This document shows, one piece after another, positions 1 through 12,372 of a stretch of DNA of 64,000 nucleotides (the first letter of the stretch is position 1; every line of letters starts with the position of its first letter). This DNA is from Octopus vulgaris (taxonomy: Eukaryota): the NCBI GenBank assembly GCA_951406725.2, contig OX597831.1, forward strand, positions 7,068,001 to 7,132,000, read 5' to 3'. Made by a program: the position numbers and the translations under genes. Under the pieces are notes generated by a model, which worked only from the letters and a program-made list of their open reading frames with translations, did no database searches and was not told the DNA's origin.

Positions 1-104
1 GTCCCTTCTAAACCTTTAATCTCTCAACTGGCACAAAGCCACACTTCCTAAATACTACTCCCTTCTCCCCCAATCGAAGGGTTTTTGTCTTGCATGGTAC
101 TTGG

Positions 105-269
105 GGACCCTGTTGGTGCTGGTGCCATATAAAAAGCACCCAGTACACTCTGTGAAGTGGTTGGCATTAAGAAAGGACAACCAACTCTAGAAGACCAGCT
201 CCAGTCAAACTGTCCAACCCATGACAGCATGGAAAACAGACGTCAAATGGTGATGATGATGATGATGAT
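105..269 (+). mobile_element. RTE-LINE 3'-end repeat ((GAT)n-tailed), diverged copy
   Basis: GGTGCCATATAAAAAGCACC...CCAACCCATGACAGCATGGAAAACAGACGTCAAATG followed by (GAT)n; homologous to many other copies in the window. Confidence 0.75.
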
Positions 270-899
270 TACTTAACCTTCTCTTCTTTAGTCCAGAAGG
301 ATTCCTATACGTCTTTCCTGTTGCTCTTCTTTCTCATATCAAAATATCATTCCATATACAGATGCTTTAAATGTTACAATAAATGCCTTACCCACCACCA
401 TTCCACAAACCTCTGACCCACAGCTGAGCTATGTTATTCTAGAAACAGATAGCTTAAATGCTATTCTATTGTGATGCTGGTGCATGGAAACAGCCATTTT
501 GCCAACCCAATACAATCGAATTGACAGACACCACAGAGTAAAATATATATTATTGCTTTATTGTAATAAAGTGTTTTATGCATAATTTTAGCGGTTGCTG
601 GCCTTTCATCAAACTGCTATAGTTCAAACCATTCTATGACAATAGCAGAGCTTCAGACTGGATAATATCCAATGAAATTACTGCCACACACTATGACAAA
701 GCTAATGACAAAGTCAATTAAGCAAAAATAGACATTAATTAATAGATGGAAACTGTTTTGAGAATGTTTACAGAAGAAGAGCCATTTTGGCAGCTTCGTA
801 GAGAGACCCTTGCAGAGTGGGGCAGAAAGATAAGTGAGGGAGGTGAAATTGTTTAATTTACACTGACAGCAACAAGGTGCTTCTGAGAAAAGAGTCTAG

Positions 900-1230
900 T
901 AAGACATCCGAGAGTAAAACACAAGTGATACAAGTACTTTTTGTTTAGATGTTGTTGTGTATAGTCAACATGTTCAAAGAAGCCGTGATTATTGGAGAGG
1001 CAATGGAAGAAACTCTATTTTCCCTGTTATATCTGTCTATATTCTATTGCAATGGGTAGACAAAATGGCTGTTTTCAGAAGCCACCATAATGGAATAACA
1101 TTTAAGGCATCTAGCTCAGTTGTAGGTCAATGGTTGTAGAATATTGAAGATTTTATAGTGAGGCCTATTTACACTTTGTATAAAGTTGATAGGTGCTCAG
1201 CTTAATAAATACTTATACCATATCCAATGT
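900..1230 (-). mobile_element. Highly decayed L2/Jockey-like LINE ORF2 remnant
   Basis: Broken minus-strand translation with HLSTLYK followed by IRP-like residues, resembling the post-RT 'LYKAQIRPxLEY' region; many frameshifts. Confidence 0.3.
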
Positions 1231-1865
1231 CTCTGGTTGTAAACTTAATCTATTTTTGACTACCAACCTGTTTCATTTGGTGCCTTGGCTTAATCTGTTT
1301 CATTTGGTGCCTTGACAGCTTTTGCAGAGGAGTCCACTCTTACTGCAATCCGTCAGGTTACGTCTCTAATTAGAAATTAACCAAGCATTCAGATATTTTG
1401 CTTTGTACAATTGTAACCCATAATTCATGGTTTTGCAGAGTCTCCAGTATCCGATGCTATTGTTCTCCATTTGGCCAAAACATGAGCAAAACAGAAGAAT
1501 CCAAGATTCCCATTTCTATTATCTAAATTTAATGCAATTGGACACTTCCTTCTTTTCTACTGCAATCTAATTTTGTTAAGTAATAATTAGTTTATTGTAT
1601 TTTACAATCAGTTCTCAGAGGTATCCAACAAACTGCAGCTCACCTAATGATTTAATATTTTTCTATAGCTAAGCATTATTTTCCCCTCTGTTCCTCACAT
1701 TTTATTTTTCTTCTTTCTCTCATGCATTTTCAATTTGTTATCTCTTTCATTCACCTCTCACAGTCATTTTCATTTAATGATCTTTGTCTTTTCTTAATTC
1801 TTTAAGAACATTAATTGAAATTTAAATATACTGGGGTTAGATGTCACAGGTTAACAAACACTTAC

Positions 1866-1884
1866 CGAGAAGACAGAGGGAATG
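1866..1884 (-). CDS. Candidate 19-nt microexon of an unidentified minus-strand gene
   Basis: Minus strand: aaattttgctttctag|CATTCCCTCTGTCTTCTCG|gtaagtgt; strong acceptor and consensus donor. Confidence 0.4.
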
Positions 1885-2627
1885 CTAGAAAGCAAAATTT
1901 CAAGAGTTTTTTAGAGTTACAGATTCATCTCTGCTCCTCTCCTGCTCCATTTAAAACAACTATAACACCTTAATATTAAAACACCAAAAAGCTTTCAAAG
2001 TAAACACCTGTTTAAATAAATGCTTTTAATATCAAGAAAGAGGAAACAATCATCATTTAGCCTGTAATGTTAGCTTTTAGATGAACGCTAACATCAGTGG
2101 GGTACACGATAATTATTTTATGTCACTTGGTATTAAAACACTTATTTATATAAATATATTTGTATGTCTCATTAATTAGCAGATGGGAATAAAGCATGCT
2201 TATAGCCTTTGCAACAAACACATTGTCAGAAAAATAGGAAAACTGCCAATAAATATTTATTTTTCCCAGAAGACATTCCTGTTTTAGGTGATTAACCTCC
2301 TCATCCACCAATTATATAATTCTAAAACACACTGTGTTGTTGCCTTAGTAACTTTTATTCTTCACTGTTTTGATTCCTAACAGCAAACACACTGAGACAG
2401 CAGCATAACACAAGCTCACTTGATTAAATGTATTGATTTAGCTAGTTTTTTGTTTTTTCCTTCTTTTGTATAAATAGTACATTTATCCATAACTCAGATA
2501 ATTCACTCAGCCCTAGATTAGATACCATCCCAAACACAATTCCTCCTACACAATATGAAAAACAAGATGGAAGAAAAAACATCTTTAAAACACAAGTTCC
2601 TATCTTAATGTGTTTCATCCGACTTAC

Positions 2628-2642
2628 AGAGAGTTTTTTTAA
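2628..2642 (-). CDS. Weak candidate 15-nt microexon
   Basis: Minus strand: tcttctatttttactgatcattaag|TTAAAAAAACTCTCT|gtaagt; AAG acceptor is weak. Confidence 0.2.
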
Positions 2643-3340
2643 CTTAATGATCAGTAAAAATAGAAGATTTCTTTCATCTATAAAATATAGGAACACATGA
2701 GATCATATATTTATTCAAACATTTGTCAATTTAGTTTAATGGAACTCATCTTAAATTTATTATTCAACTTAGTGCAAGATATGACACAGATATATAACAG
2801 GTAGAGAAGGATCGATTTCCAATATCCTAACTATGAATTATTAATACAAGTCAAATTCTTATGGCTTGCTTCTAAAGATCTAAATATAGAGACATCTCTT
2901 GTTTATTTCACTGAATACTTATTTAAGGATTTGTATTCCCAGCAGTGGCCAGTGGATGGAGTGTGAGTGAGAGAGAAAAGAAAAGGAGAGGAGAGACAAA
3001 GGAAAGTGTATTTAAGTTAGAAACCAGGAACCATTTGTAGCAGATAAGAATGACAGCAAGAAAATTAATTAACTGTATAGCCATATTAGCAGAGTCAAAC
3101 TGGGAAAGACTGGTTGTGCTTTGTACCACATTGCCAATAACAACAGTTATTAATTCCTTTCAAGTCCTTAACAGCTTTAGTTAAACCTTGCTGGGTTAAA
3201 ATTAAGTTTTTATTTCTTTCTTCCTTCCTTTTTTGTTATTTTTTAAATGTAGTCATTTTGAGTAGTGTCAACTATTTCAACCAACCAAATATAGAAAATG
3301 ATTGAAGAAAATATTGACTTTACTCTCAGGCCCTGTTGCA

Positions 3341-3510
3341 TCAGTCCTCTTTGATTGAATAGATTCCTGCTATGAAAATAATAATCAATGAGACCCAGAT
3401 CATGGCCTTATTGGATGTTCCCGCTTTGCTGCGATTGATTATGAGAGCTGTAATGATACAGTCAAAACAGCTTGTATCATTGTTTAAAGATATTGGGATC
3501 TCATCAACTT
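3341..3510 (-). CDS. Candidate terminal coding exon with C-terminal hydrophobic segment
   Basis: Open frame VDEIPISLNNDTSCFDCIITALIINRSKAGTSNKAMIWVSLIIIFIAGIYSIKED*; weak acceptor (ttgttaag); the antisense frame is also open. Confidence 0.2.
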
Positions 3511-3769
3511 CTTAACAAACCCTTAATTCAGTTGGTTTCCCTTCTCCCCTAATCAATTCTGTGGTGCCTAATAACCAAAACATACTCATAAGTACTTGGT
3601 ACAATTTTCCTTCCCCAGAAGTTCATCTTTTGAGAATTATCAAGCAGCCTTACTCTTCCATCCAATAATCTGTAGCATTATTATACACGGATTGGATTAA
3701 ACCACACGTTCTAACTCACTCTCCTGATCCTAGACTAATGGAAAGAACCTCTTTACAGTTACGAGTCCT

Positions 3770-3880
3770 ACTAGAAATAGCAGCAAAATGTCCCTTGATT
3801 CACATTCTACCATCCTAAATAACGAAAGATATGCTGGAAAATGTAATCCTGTAATATTGAAAGGCAGGATGGTCATATAT
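3770..3880 (+). repeat. Old interspersed repeat (CTAGAAATAGCAGC...GGATGGTCAT); related copies near 10790-10930, 20390-20530(-), 32370-32520, 45120-45280(-), 56000-56180
   Basis: Recurring diverged motifs in the same order across these loci. Confidence 0.45.
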
Positions 3881-5079
3881 AGAAGACCTACATTGTCAGA
3901 TTTGACAACAACAACAACAACAACAACTGATTCTCCATATAATCAAATGACATTTGTTTCCAAACAAATAAAAAACTTCCTACACAATAATATTCATCTC
4001 TCCTCCTCTGCTTATTGACTTGAAACATTGTCAGTTATGGTTCATTGGTTTTTGCTTTTGTTTTCTCCATAAATTACAAATAGTTTTAGTGCTTTTAAGA
4101 TAATTAATTCACAAGTGAAGAAGATCAAATGATGCCAACGGTGATAGTCTTTCAGAATTCACAAGAGATAAATCAACAACTACAAAGTGGAAATTTTTAT
4201 AAATAAAAAATAGTTTTGGACTGATTAAGAATTACCAGAAATATTCAGGTATAATATATATTTTTTTCAAGGTCCTTTTTTTAAAAAACCTAAAAATTTG
4301 GAGAGTACATCAGTTTACAGTTGCTTTCTATGCTGGCCCAAACCATGTCTTGTTTCAATGTCCCAGTTTTGGTATGGTTCCTATGGTTGGATGTCTTTTC
4401 TAACACCAACCAATTTACAGAAGACTAAAGTGTCTTCTTAATCCTGCATCATCTCAGTTCAATGATTAATGTATTTTTCTATGATGTTGATATTATTGAA
4501 TATGCTCATTGATAACTTATAATTGCTTTATTCAAAGAGCATAAAAACTGGCAGCTTGTCCGCTGAGCATTGATCTGGGTTTGGAATGTGCACCAGGCAC
4601 ACATATCCCCACCAGCAAACGACAATCAGTAGATAGGGTGAGTTAATCATGTCACTATATAGTCTGTATGGATATTGGCATTTATAGCAATTATATCTAT
4701 ATAGATTTCTGAAGGAGAATATGGTTTTGTTATGAAGGGTTTAGGTTAGGATCTCTCTGAAATTTTAAAGGATGTGTTGGCAGAAGTGTTGAAGAATTAA
4801 CTGTTTTTCTGATGAGAAAAACAACTAAAAACTAAATCCCAAGCACTAAAGATTCAAGTTATGTGGTTGGTTTTTAATTGCGTGTTCCTGAGTATGTTTT
4901 ATAACGACATGCAGATTGTGGTGTTGGATGAGAATTTTGAGGATTGGGGAAATGAAAGAGAGAGAGAGACTGGTGGAAGCATAAACATCCAAGAAAATAC
5001 AGGAAACAAAACACATTGAATTATCTCCACATATGGGAAAGTATTGAATTTATGCATGTGTTTGTGGCCAATGCAAACA

Positions 5080-5643
5080 CTGCCTGACTAAGGCACCATT
5101 TGAGTGTGGTCGATGCTAGTGCCACCTGACTGGCTCCTGTGCTGGTGGCACAAAAAATGCACCACATGAATTTGGTTGATGCCAGTGCCACCTGACTGGC
5201 TCCTGTGCTGGTGGCACAAAAAATGCACCACATGAATTTGGTTGATGCCAGGGCCACCTGACTGGCTCCTGTGCTGGTGGCACAAAAAATGCACCACATG
5301 AATTTGGTTGATGCCAGTGCCACCTGACTGGCTCCTGTGCTGGTGGCACAAAAAATGCACCACATGAATTTGGTTGATGCCAGTGACACCTGACTGGTCT
5401 CGTGTTGGCAGCACATAAAAAGCAGCATTCAAGTATGGTCATTGCCAGTGCCGCCTGACTGGCCCTTGTGCCAGTGGAATGTAAAAAGCACCCACTATAT
5501 TCTGAGAGTGGTTGGCGTTAAGAAAGGCACCCAGCTGTAGAAACCTTGCCAGATCAGACTGGACCCTGGTGAAGCCTTCTGCTGTCAAACCGTCCAATCC
5601 ATGCCAGTATGGAAAGCGGACGTTAAATGATGATGATGATGAT
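5080..5643 (+). mobile_element. RTE-LINE 3'-end repeat with internal 66-bp tandem array
   Basis: Ends GGAAAGCGGACGTTAAAT(GAT)n; contains the array at 5119-5382. Confidence 0.85.
5119..5382. repeat. 66-bp minisatellite, 4 near-identical copies plus degenerate flanking units
   Basis: Unit GTGCCACCTGACTGGCTCCTGTGCTGGTGGCACAAAAAATGCACCACATGAATTTGGTTGATGCCA at 5119, 5185, 5251, 5317. Confidence 0.95.
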
Positions 5644-5859
5644 GTTGTATGTGTGTGTGTGTGTATTGGATTGGATTCCTTATGTTCAGTCCACTGCAGG
5701 ACGAAGGCCTCAACATGTTCTCTCCACTTACTATGGTCTGACATGGAGACTGTGAATTTGAACTTGAGATTATACTGGTTTGATAAGCCTACTCAGCCAC
5801 ACTGGCTCAACACACACACACATAGAGAGAGAGGGGAGTCATGACCTATAGCTGACTAA

Positions 5860-6070
5860 TCGTAAAGGAAACTAGGTGTAGAAGACAAATGGCCTGTGAA
5901 ACTGGTGCAGGCCATGGACAGAGATGAAGTCAGCAAAGTGAGAGCTGGCAATGAGTTCAATGAGGAATTCAGTGCACTGCTGGGTGTTCATGAAGGCTCA
6001 GTTCTCTTCTCCACTGTAGTTCTGTAAGCTATAGCAGAAATTTAAGACTGGCTGCCTATGGGGACTCCTT
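5860..6070 (+). mobile_element. Decayed RTE-type reverse transcriptase fragment
   Basis: AMDRDEVSKVRAGNEFNEEFSALLGVHEGSVL, resembling the RT 'GVHQGSVLSP' motif region. Confidence 0.6.
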
Positions 6071-6331
6071 GGTGCTGTGATGAGAAAACGTAGAACTGTG
6101 AGGCCAGAGTAAACTTGGTTGCCGTTAATGTGCATTATTATGCAGGGATGAATGTTGGTGATCAATATCAATTCGAAATATCAATAGACAAGTCAAACGT
6201 AATAAGTAGCTGGTTTGTGTGAAAGATTCATTAATATTTCAAAACGAAACTGAAATAATTTATTTTAGGATCTACTTTGAACAGCTGAATGAAGATTAAA
6301 GAGTTGAAAATGTGATGAGAATAATACTTAC

Positions 6332-6439
6332 GTCTGCAGTTTCTGCTAATGGATGGTCAACACACTGCTGTAGCTTGGACGATGAAGCATTCTTGTGTTG
6401 TACTTGATGAAGCCCTTCAGCTCGAACCTTGTTGTCCGA
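6332..6439 (-). CDS. Candidate 108-nt exon of an unidentified minus-strand gene
   Basis: gattgtcttttctgtttctag|TCGGAC...GCAGAC|gtaagt; phase 0 open (SDNKVRAEGLHQVQHKNASSSKLQQCVDHPLAETAD); alternative frame RTTRFELKGFIKYNTRMLHRPSYSSVLTIH*; higher GC/CpG than flanks. Confidence 0.55.
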
Positions 6440-7494
6440 CTAGAAACAGAAAAGACAATCATCAGTGCCACAGGTTCCAGACAAGAGACGGGCATTTAGA
6501 AAAATAAATTAGTTTGAAGGTTATGAAGATTTTTTTTTTTCTTTTGAGGACATTGATTTCTAATAATTTTGTTAGAAATCAATTAATGATTTTGATCATA
6601 TTATTGATAGGAAATTTTGGTTATAATAAAGAATGGAATATTGTCAATTGTTTTGATAATGCCAAGGGTTGTATCTAAGTAATATGCTGATTAGAGATGA
6701 CTTGATTATACAAAACGATTGCAACATGGTGCAACTATGACAGATACTGTTAATGGCAAAATACAGTATTTGTGTACAAACACTATTATTTCCTAATTTG
6801 TGGTTGTTATCTATTCGCTGATATTTTCAATAGAGGCTTATCCATTTAAAATGTTTATATTAGAGATGGTTGATAATATGTTAAAATAGCAAGACAAAAA
6901 CAATGCCATCAATACATGAAACAGAATATCTCCTGGATAACATCCGTACAGAGGTTGAGACAGAATTCTTTGAATTAGACAAACAGAAATTCATAATTGC
7001 AAGTCTAAAAATCATCTTTAATTAGTTTATTCATCAATGAGTGTGTTGGATTTTTCTTGGACATGGCATGAAAAATTACCAATGTCTCAAAGGAGTGAAT
7101 GTCGTAGAGTTTAGTTACATCCAACAAACACTGAAGTTTTTCCCAAAATCCAGGATTTTTATAACTGCTCAACTTGACTTTAAAGAATCGAAATTACATA
7201 CAAATATTCTTTAACTAATTCTTAGAATTCCTATATGAGCAGTTATATTAACCGATGGAAAAACGACAATAATATTTCTTTGGCAATACGACATTACGTC
7301 ATATTGCCAGCCACCACAAATTGGCACACTTATTTAAAAATGGCTACTTGCTACAAGTGTAATGTCAGGTACAAGAAATAGTTGTGAATAAGCCTGGATG
7401 AATAGGTCAGAGTGGATTCATTCACTGAAACAGTTTGTGCTTGAAGGGGTCAGGCTTTTATTCTACTTATTTAGGGTAGCAGTTAGCCCACGGC

Positions 7495-7942
7495 TGTATT
7501 TGGTGTTATAATCCTTTCTTCTATAAAACACAAGACCTGAACTTTGGGTGGTTGGTTAGTTGGGGGGTGCAAGTTGATTACATCAATCCAGTACTTATTG
7601 ACCCTGAAAGGGTGATAGGCAAAGTTGACTTTGGTGAGATTTGAACTCAGAACGTAAAGAATTGGAAGAAATGCTATAAAGCACCTTGTCTGACACACTA
7701 GGGAGTCTGCCAGCTTGCTGCCTAAATACTACTACTAATAATGGTTTCAAATTTTGGCAAAAGGCCGGCAAGTTCAGGGGAGAGGGGTAAGTCAATTACA
7801 TCAACCCTAGTATTTAACTGGTACTTATTTTATCAACCCTGAAAAGTCAAAGGCAAAGTGAACCTTGCTGGAATTTGAACTCACAACGAAATGCTGCCAA
7901 GCATTTTGCCTGCCATGAGAACAATTCTGCCAGTTCACCACC
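7495..7942 (-). mobile_element. tRNA-derived SINE family A, two adjacent diverged copies
   Basis: Reverse complement of GAGCTGGCAGAA...GAGTTCAAAT (B-box-like)...GACTTTGCCTTTCATCCTTTC...AAGTACC. Confidence 0.8.
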
Positions 7943-7969
7943 TTAACATGGCTAACGATAATAAGCTGA

Positions 7970-8400
7970 TTGTACAGTGCTCAGGTGCACCATGGCTCAC
8001 TGGCAAAGGGTCAAAGAGGGGACAGAAAAGGAACAGTAATTGAAGTAAAGAAAGACAGCAATGGCCCCTCCTAAAAGTATAGAGACAAGATAAAAGAGAA
8101 GACAGAAAAATAAGAAAGAAGTGAACAGTAAAAAAAGGCCATAAACGTAAATGGGAGAAGCGGCTGCATGTATGCAAGATTGGTGTAGAGTTGGTGAGCT
8201 TCTGGAAGAATGGAAATTTTTGAAGGCTACTGAGTCCCGACAGCTAACAAGCAACACAGGTAGTTTATTCCATGCTTCAAAAATTTTGAATGTGGAAAAC
8301 TGTTTCTCAAAGTCACGGGTGCTGCATGGTTTTTTTGATTTTATGAAGATAAGATGGCTACACCACTATATGAATAAAGTATTCTGCATAGTTGGAAAAA
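7970..8400 (-). mobile_element. Decayed CR1-type LINE 3' end, interrupted
   Basis: Shares TGTACAGTGCTCAGGTGCACC and GTTTATTCCATGCTTCA with the copy at 11443-11760. Confidence 0.6.
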
Positions 8401-9016
8401 CTAGTTAACTACAGTGCTTTTTTATTTTTTTTGTTTTTATTAAACATTATATATTGTTGAAAATCAGTTGTATGGTTGGTAAAAATATAACAAAAGCAGT
8501 AAAATAGTTTGCAATAATTATAGCAGAAAAAAAAGTTTATATTTAGAAATTTCAATTTTAAGTCCCCAACATAAAGTAAATCTATTTTGTTCATTGAGGA
8601 ATGAAGTCCATGTTGACTGGTGCAAGAAGTAGAAGGAAAAAAAAACTGGAAGCATGCTTCTCTAGTAGAATGGCTTTCAATCATCAAGCTATTACTGCCC
8701 TACAGCTTTCTTTGATATTTTATTGTAGATATTTAATCACAAGATACTAGCTTTTCAATGTAGTAATACAGCTACCATTCAGTACAAAGTACCAATCTAA
8801 GGAATTTAAGTCTTGAAAGAAACAGATTAGATTTTCATAGACAAAATATAAATAGTGAAATTTAACTATTTCTGAGGATGCTGCTGCTTCCTTACCTGAT
8901 GCACTCAAATCAGCCAGAATAAAGATAATGCAACGTATCTGGTTGGGATACGAAATACTATTCATAAACTAATTAACTCTGTATTTATAAAATAATAATG
9001 ATGATGATGATGATGA

Positions 9017-9440
9017 TCCTTTCTGCTCTAGGCACAGGCCTAAAATTTGGGGGGGAGGGTTCAAGTTGGTTTAGTGCTTGACTGGTAATTATTTTATCAA
9101 ACCTATTTCTTTACTACCCACAAGGGGGCTAAACACAGAGAAGACAAACAAGGATAGACAAACAGATTAAGTCGACTACATCGACCTCAGTGCATAACTG
9201 GTACTTAATTTATCGACCCTGAAAGGATGAAAGGCAAAGTCGACCTTGGCGGAATTTGAACTCAGAACGTAACAGCAGATGAAATACGGCTAGGCATTTC
9301 GCCCGACGTGCTAACATTTCTGCCAGCTCGCCGAACCTGAAAGGATGAAAGGCAGAGTCGACCATAGCAGAATCTGAACTCAGAACATAACAAGCTGGAA
9401 GAAATGCGAGAAAGCATTTTATCGGACATGCTAATGATAA
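9017..9440 (-). mobile_element. SINE family A, young copy (about 9103-9333) nested in an older copy
   Basis: Full-length copy TATTTCTTTACTACCCACAAGG...CTGCCAGCTCGCC flanked by the two halves of an older copy. Confidence 0.85.
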
Positions 9441-10437
9441 CCACTCTTGTGCTGCTTTTGGCTTGTTACAGCCACAGAATAGCATCTCTCTGGCCATTTA
9501 TTATCACCAAACAATTAACATACCTCATAAAACTTATTCTACAAAAAAAAAATTCCATTATTTTTTTTAAATACACTAAAATGGTAAAATAAAAAATTGA
9601 ATTCACAGGAACTATTTAACATTAAGAAAATCATCTTACCTTTTCAAATGAATGTTAAAAATAATGATTTGAGTTGTAATAGGTGAGGTTTGTGTTAACT
9701 CTAATCTGGAGTAATCTCAAAATAACCACTTAACAAACAAATTGATATCAAGTAGCTTATTAAAATACTATTGAAAATATGAAACTTATGTTGCAGTTAC
9801 TACATGGAATCCAACAACAGGAAGCTGTGTGCATTTTGGATAATTGAGAAGATTTGTTTGTTTGTTGGTTGTTTTTTTCTTTCTTTTTTTCTTCTTTTAA
9901 AGGAAATATTGAGTGAAACAGCAGCCGGAAACGACTGTGAGATTTCCAGTCAGTGTAAAGTAAATGAAAATAGAATTTTGTTCTTTAAAATTTATGCTGA
10001 AATCTATAAAATAACTTTAATATGTAGTGAAGATAAATAACAATTTATCTATAAATTTACTTCCTTAACATCAAAGATATAGAAATGTCTAATTCTGGCA
10101 GGAAATTATGATTTTAAAAAGAGAAATCTTTGAAAGCCATTTAGTGATTTTTAGTTCGCAAGTCAAAAGTTTCCTCAATGAAGCAGATGTCGAGGCAGTA
10201 GTTCACGCAGAAACTGTGGATTTCATACGAAATGTTAATCTAGATCAATCTTTCGACTTATCAGACAGGAAGCTGTTAATAATCCCTCTCTTCCCTTTGC
10301 AAAATCCCAACAAAGATAAAAGCCTACAAACTATAGTTAGGCTATTAAATGGGTGAAATTCAATGAGTGTCACTTAAAGAGAAATCAAACATCAAGGATG
10401 TGCTTTGCCCCTCAGAAAAACAGTAGCAAGTACTTAC

Positions 10438-10456
10438 AGAGAGGCTTCAGTGTCCG
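10438..10456 (-). CDS. Candidate 19-nt microexon (alternative acceptor gives 41 nt)
   Basis: cactatttctacattag|CGGACACTGAAGCCTCTCT|gtaagtac, in a locally CpG-enriched non-repeat segment. Confidence 0.35.
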
Positions 10457-11013
10457 CTAATGTAGAAATAGTGAAACGCTGATATGATTATCGTCGACCG
10501 GATTATCACAAATAGGTTATTCATTTAACAAAATAGTAAATCATCTCCACAAGGGGGGGGGGAGGCAGACAGAGAGAGGCTTCTGAAAAGCGAGTTACTG
10601 TTTCATTTATCTCCTGCAATTAGTTTTCTGGCTTCCAGTATGAAATTAAGAGTGTGTCTGTAAGTACGGCCTCTGTAGGTGTGGAAGACATGGATGTTTA
10701 TACATAAGATACTGCTGTAGAAAATCCTATTATAGAAAATCTCTCTCTAAACACATCTAAACAAGAGAGCCTCTGTGCTACCACTGATTTACTAGAGATA
10801 GCAGCCAGATAGCCCTACTGTCTTAGAGATCTAAAAGATACATGAGATGATGGAGTCCAGGATACACAATGTCTGAATAAAAGACAAAAACAAAGATGGA
10901 ATAATAATCGGTGGAAGGCTTTCGGCTGTCTCTTCTATGAAGTCTCTTGTGAAAGAACTGACCAACAAGATATCAAAACAGGATCAGACATAACACCCGC
11001 TATAGTTTTGTGT

Positions 11014-11346
11014 GACCCCCTTCGGTCATGACTGACCATGGGATTGCACCTAGAAAGTTACCCTCCCAGGTACAAGTCTGGGCAAGGTTGTTTATGGAAG
11101 ACCAGCAGTCAACCCTGCATACCAGCCTCCCCTCTCCATGCCACCAGTGTTATCCAAGGGAAAGACAAAGGGGCCGATACAGCTTTGCACCTGTGATGTC
11201 GCAACTCATTTCTACAGCTGAGTGAACTGGAGCAACGTGAAATAAAGTATCTTGCTCAAGCACACAACACGTAGCCCGGTCTGGGATTCGAACTCACAAC
11301 CTCACGATCATAAGCCCGACTCTCTAACCACTGAGCCATGCTTCAC
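11014..11346 (-). mobile_element. tRNA-derived SINE family C
   Basis: Minus-strand head ATGGCTCAGTGGTTAGAG...GAGTTCGAATCCC (A/B boxes); imperfect TSD CACCC(GC/AT)TATAGT; second copy at 41120-41454. Confidence 0.85.
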
Positions 11347-11442
11347 CCATTATAGTAAGATATAGAATATTTGTTGATATTTTATAATGTAGTTCATTAA
11401 ACTGATAACTAATTAAATATAAAATAATAATAATAATAAACA

Positions 11443-11760
11443 TTGTGTACAGTGCTCAGGTGCACCACAACTCATCTAAAGTGCATATATAATCAGGTGT
11501 AGTTTCGATGGATTTCGGAAAGCATGGGGGCCTTAAAGGATGCAGTGTCATGGCAGTCAACAACTGACGTAGGCAGTTTATTCCATGCTTCAGCAACTCT
11601 GAGCGTGAAGAAATGTTTCCGAAAGTCATGGGAGCTGTGCTGTTTTCTGACTTTGTAGGCATGTCCACGTGTGTTAGACACATGGAGATCAAAAAGGTGT
11701 TCAGTGTTGTTATTGGTGAGGTGGTTGACAACTTTGTGGGCGTTTACCAAGTCCGTCGCC
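11443..11760 (-). mobile_element. CR1-type LINE 3' end, 5'-truncated, (TTA)n tail
   Basis: TRGHAYKVRKQHSSHDFRKHFFTLRVAEAWNKLP matches the CR1 ORF2 C-terminal motif (RGH...FFxxRVxxxWNxLP). Confidence 0.85.
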
Positions 11761-12054
11761 GAAGTTAGTTGATTAGTATTTAGCTCCAGATTAACCCTGA
11801 TTGAGTGATTAAGAGTATTTCAACTTGTCCTTCAAAGCTATGACTATGCCCAGCTTTTCGCCTGGGCCTAGGACATTATTCAATGTATATTGTTTGATGT
11901 TCAGAATCAGAATAATGAAAAATTCTCATGTCAGTTCTCTGATTTTGAATGTGAACAAATGTATATATTACATTGTTAATTTTGAAATACAAAAGAGATA
12001 TTTCTTTAAACTGCACCCCCCATCTGTCACTGAGAATAGAATATCCAACATAAT

Positions 12055-12372
12055 TCATCATCATCATCATCGTTTAACGCCCGCTTTCCATGCTAGCATG
12101 GGTTGGACGATTTTGAACGAGGGCTGGCGAACCAGATGGTTGCACCAGGCTCCAATCTTGATTTGGCAGAGTTTCTACAGCTGGATGCCCTTCCTAATGC
12201 CAACCACTCCGAGAGTGTAGTGGGTGCTTTTTTACATGCCACCGGCACGGGGGCCAGTCAGGTGGTACTGGCAACGACCTCGCTCAAATCCTTTTATGCA
12301 TGCCACCAGCACAGGTGCCAGTAAGGTGACATTGGTAACGATCACACTCGAATGGTGCCCTTTTACGTGCCA
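12055..12372 (-). mobile_element. RTE-LINE 3'-end repeat
   Basis: (CAT)n-CGTTTAACGCCCGCTTTCCATGCTAGCATGGGTTGGACG...; three internal GTGCCAC units. Confidence 0.85.

Noticed and set aside
10108-10356. 82-aa plus-strand ORF with protein-like composition
   Set aside because: No recognisable domain and no convincing splice or promoter context; cannot be supported
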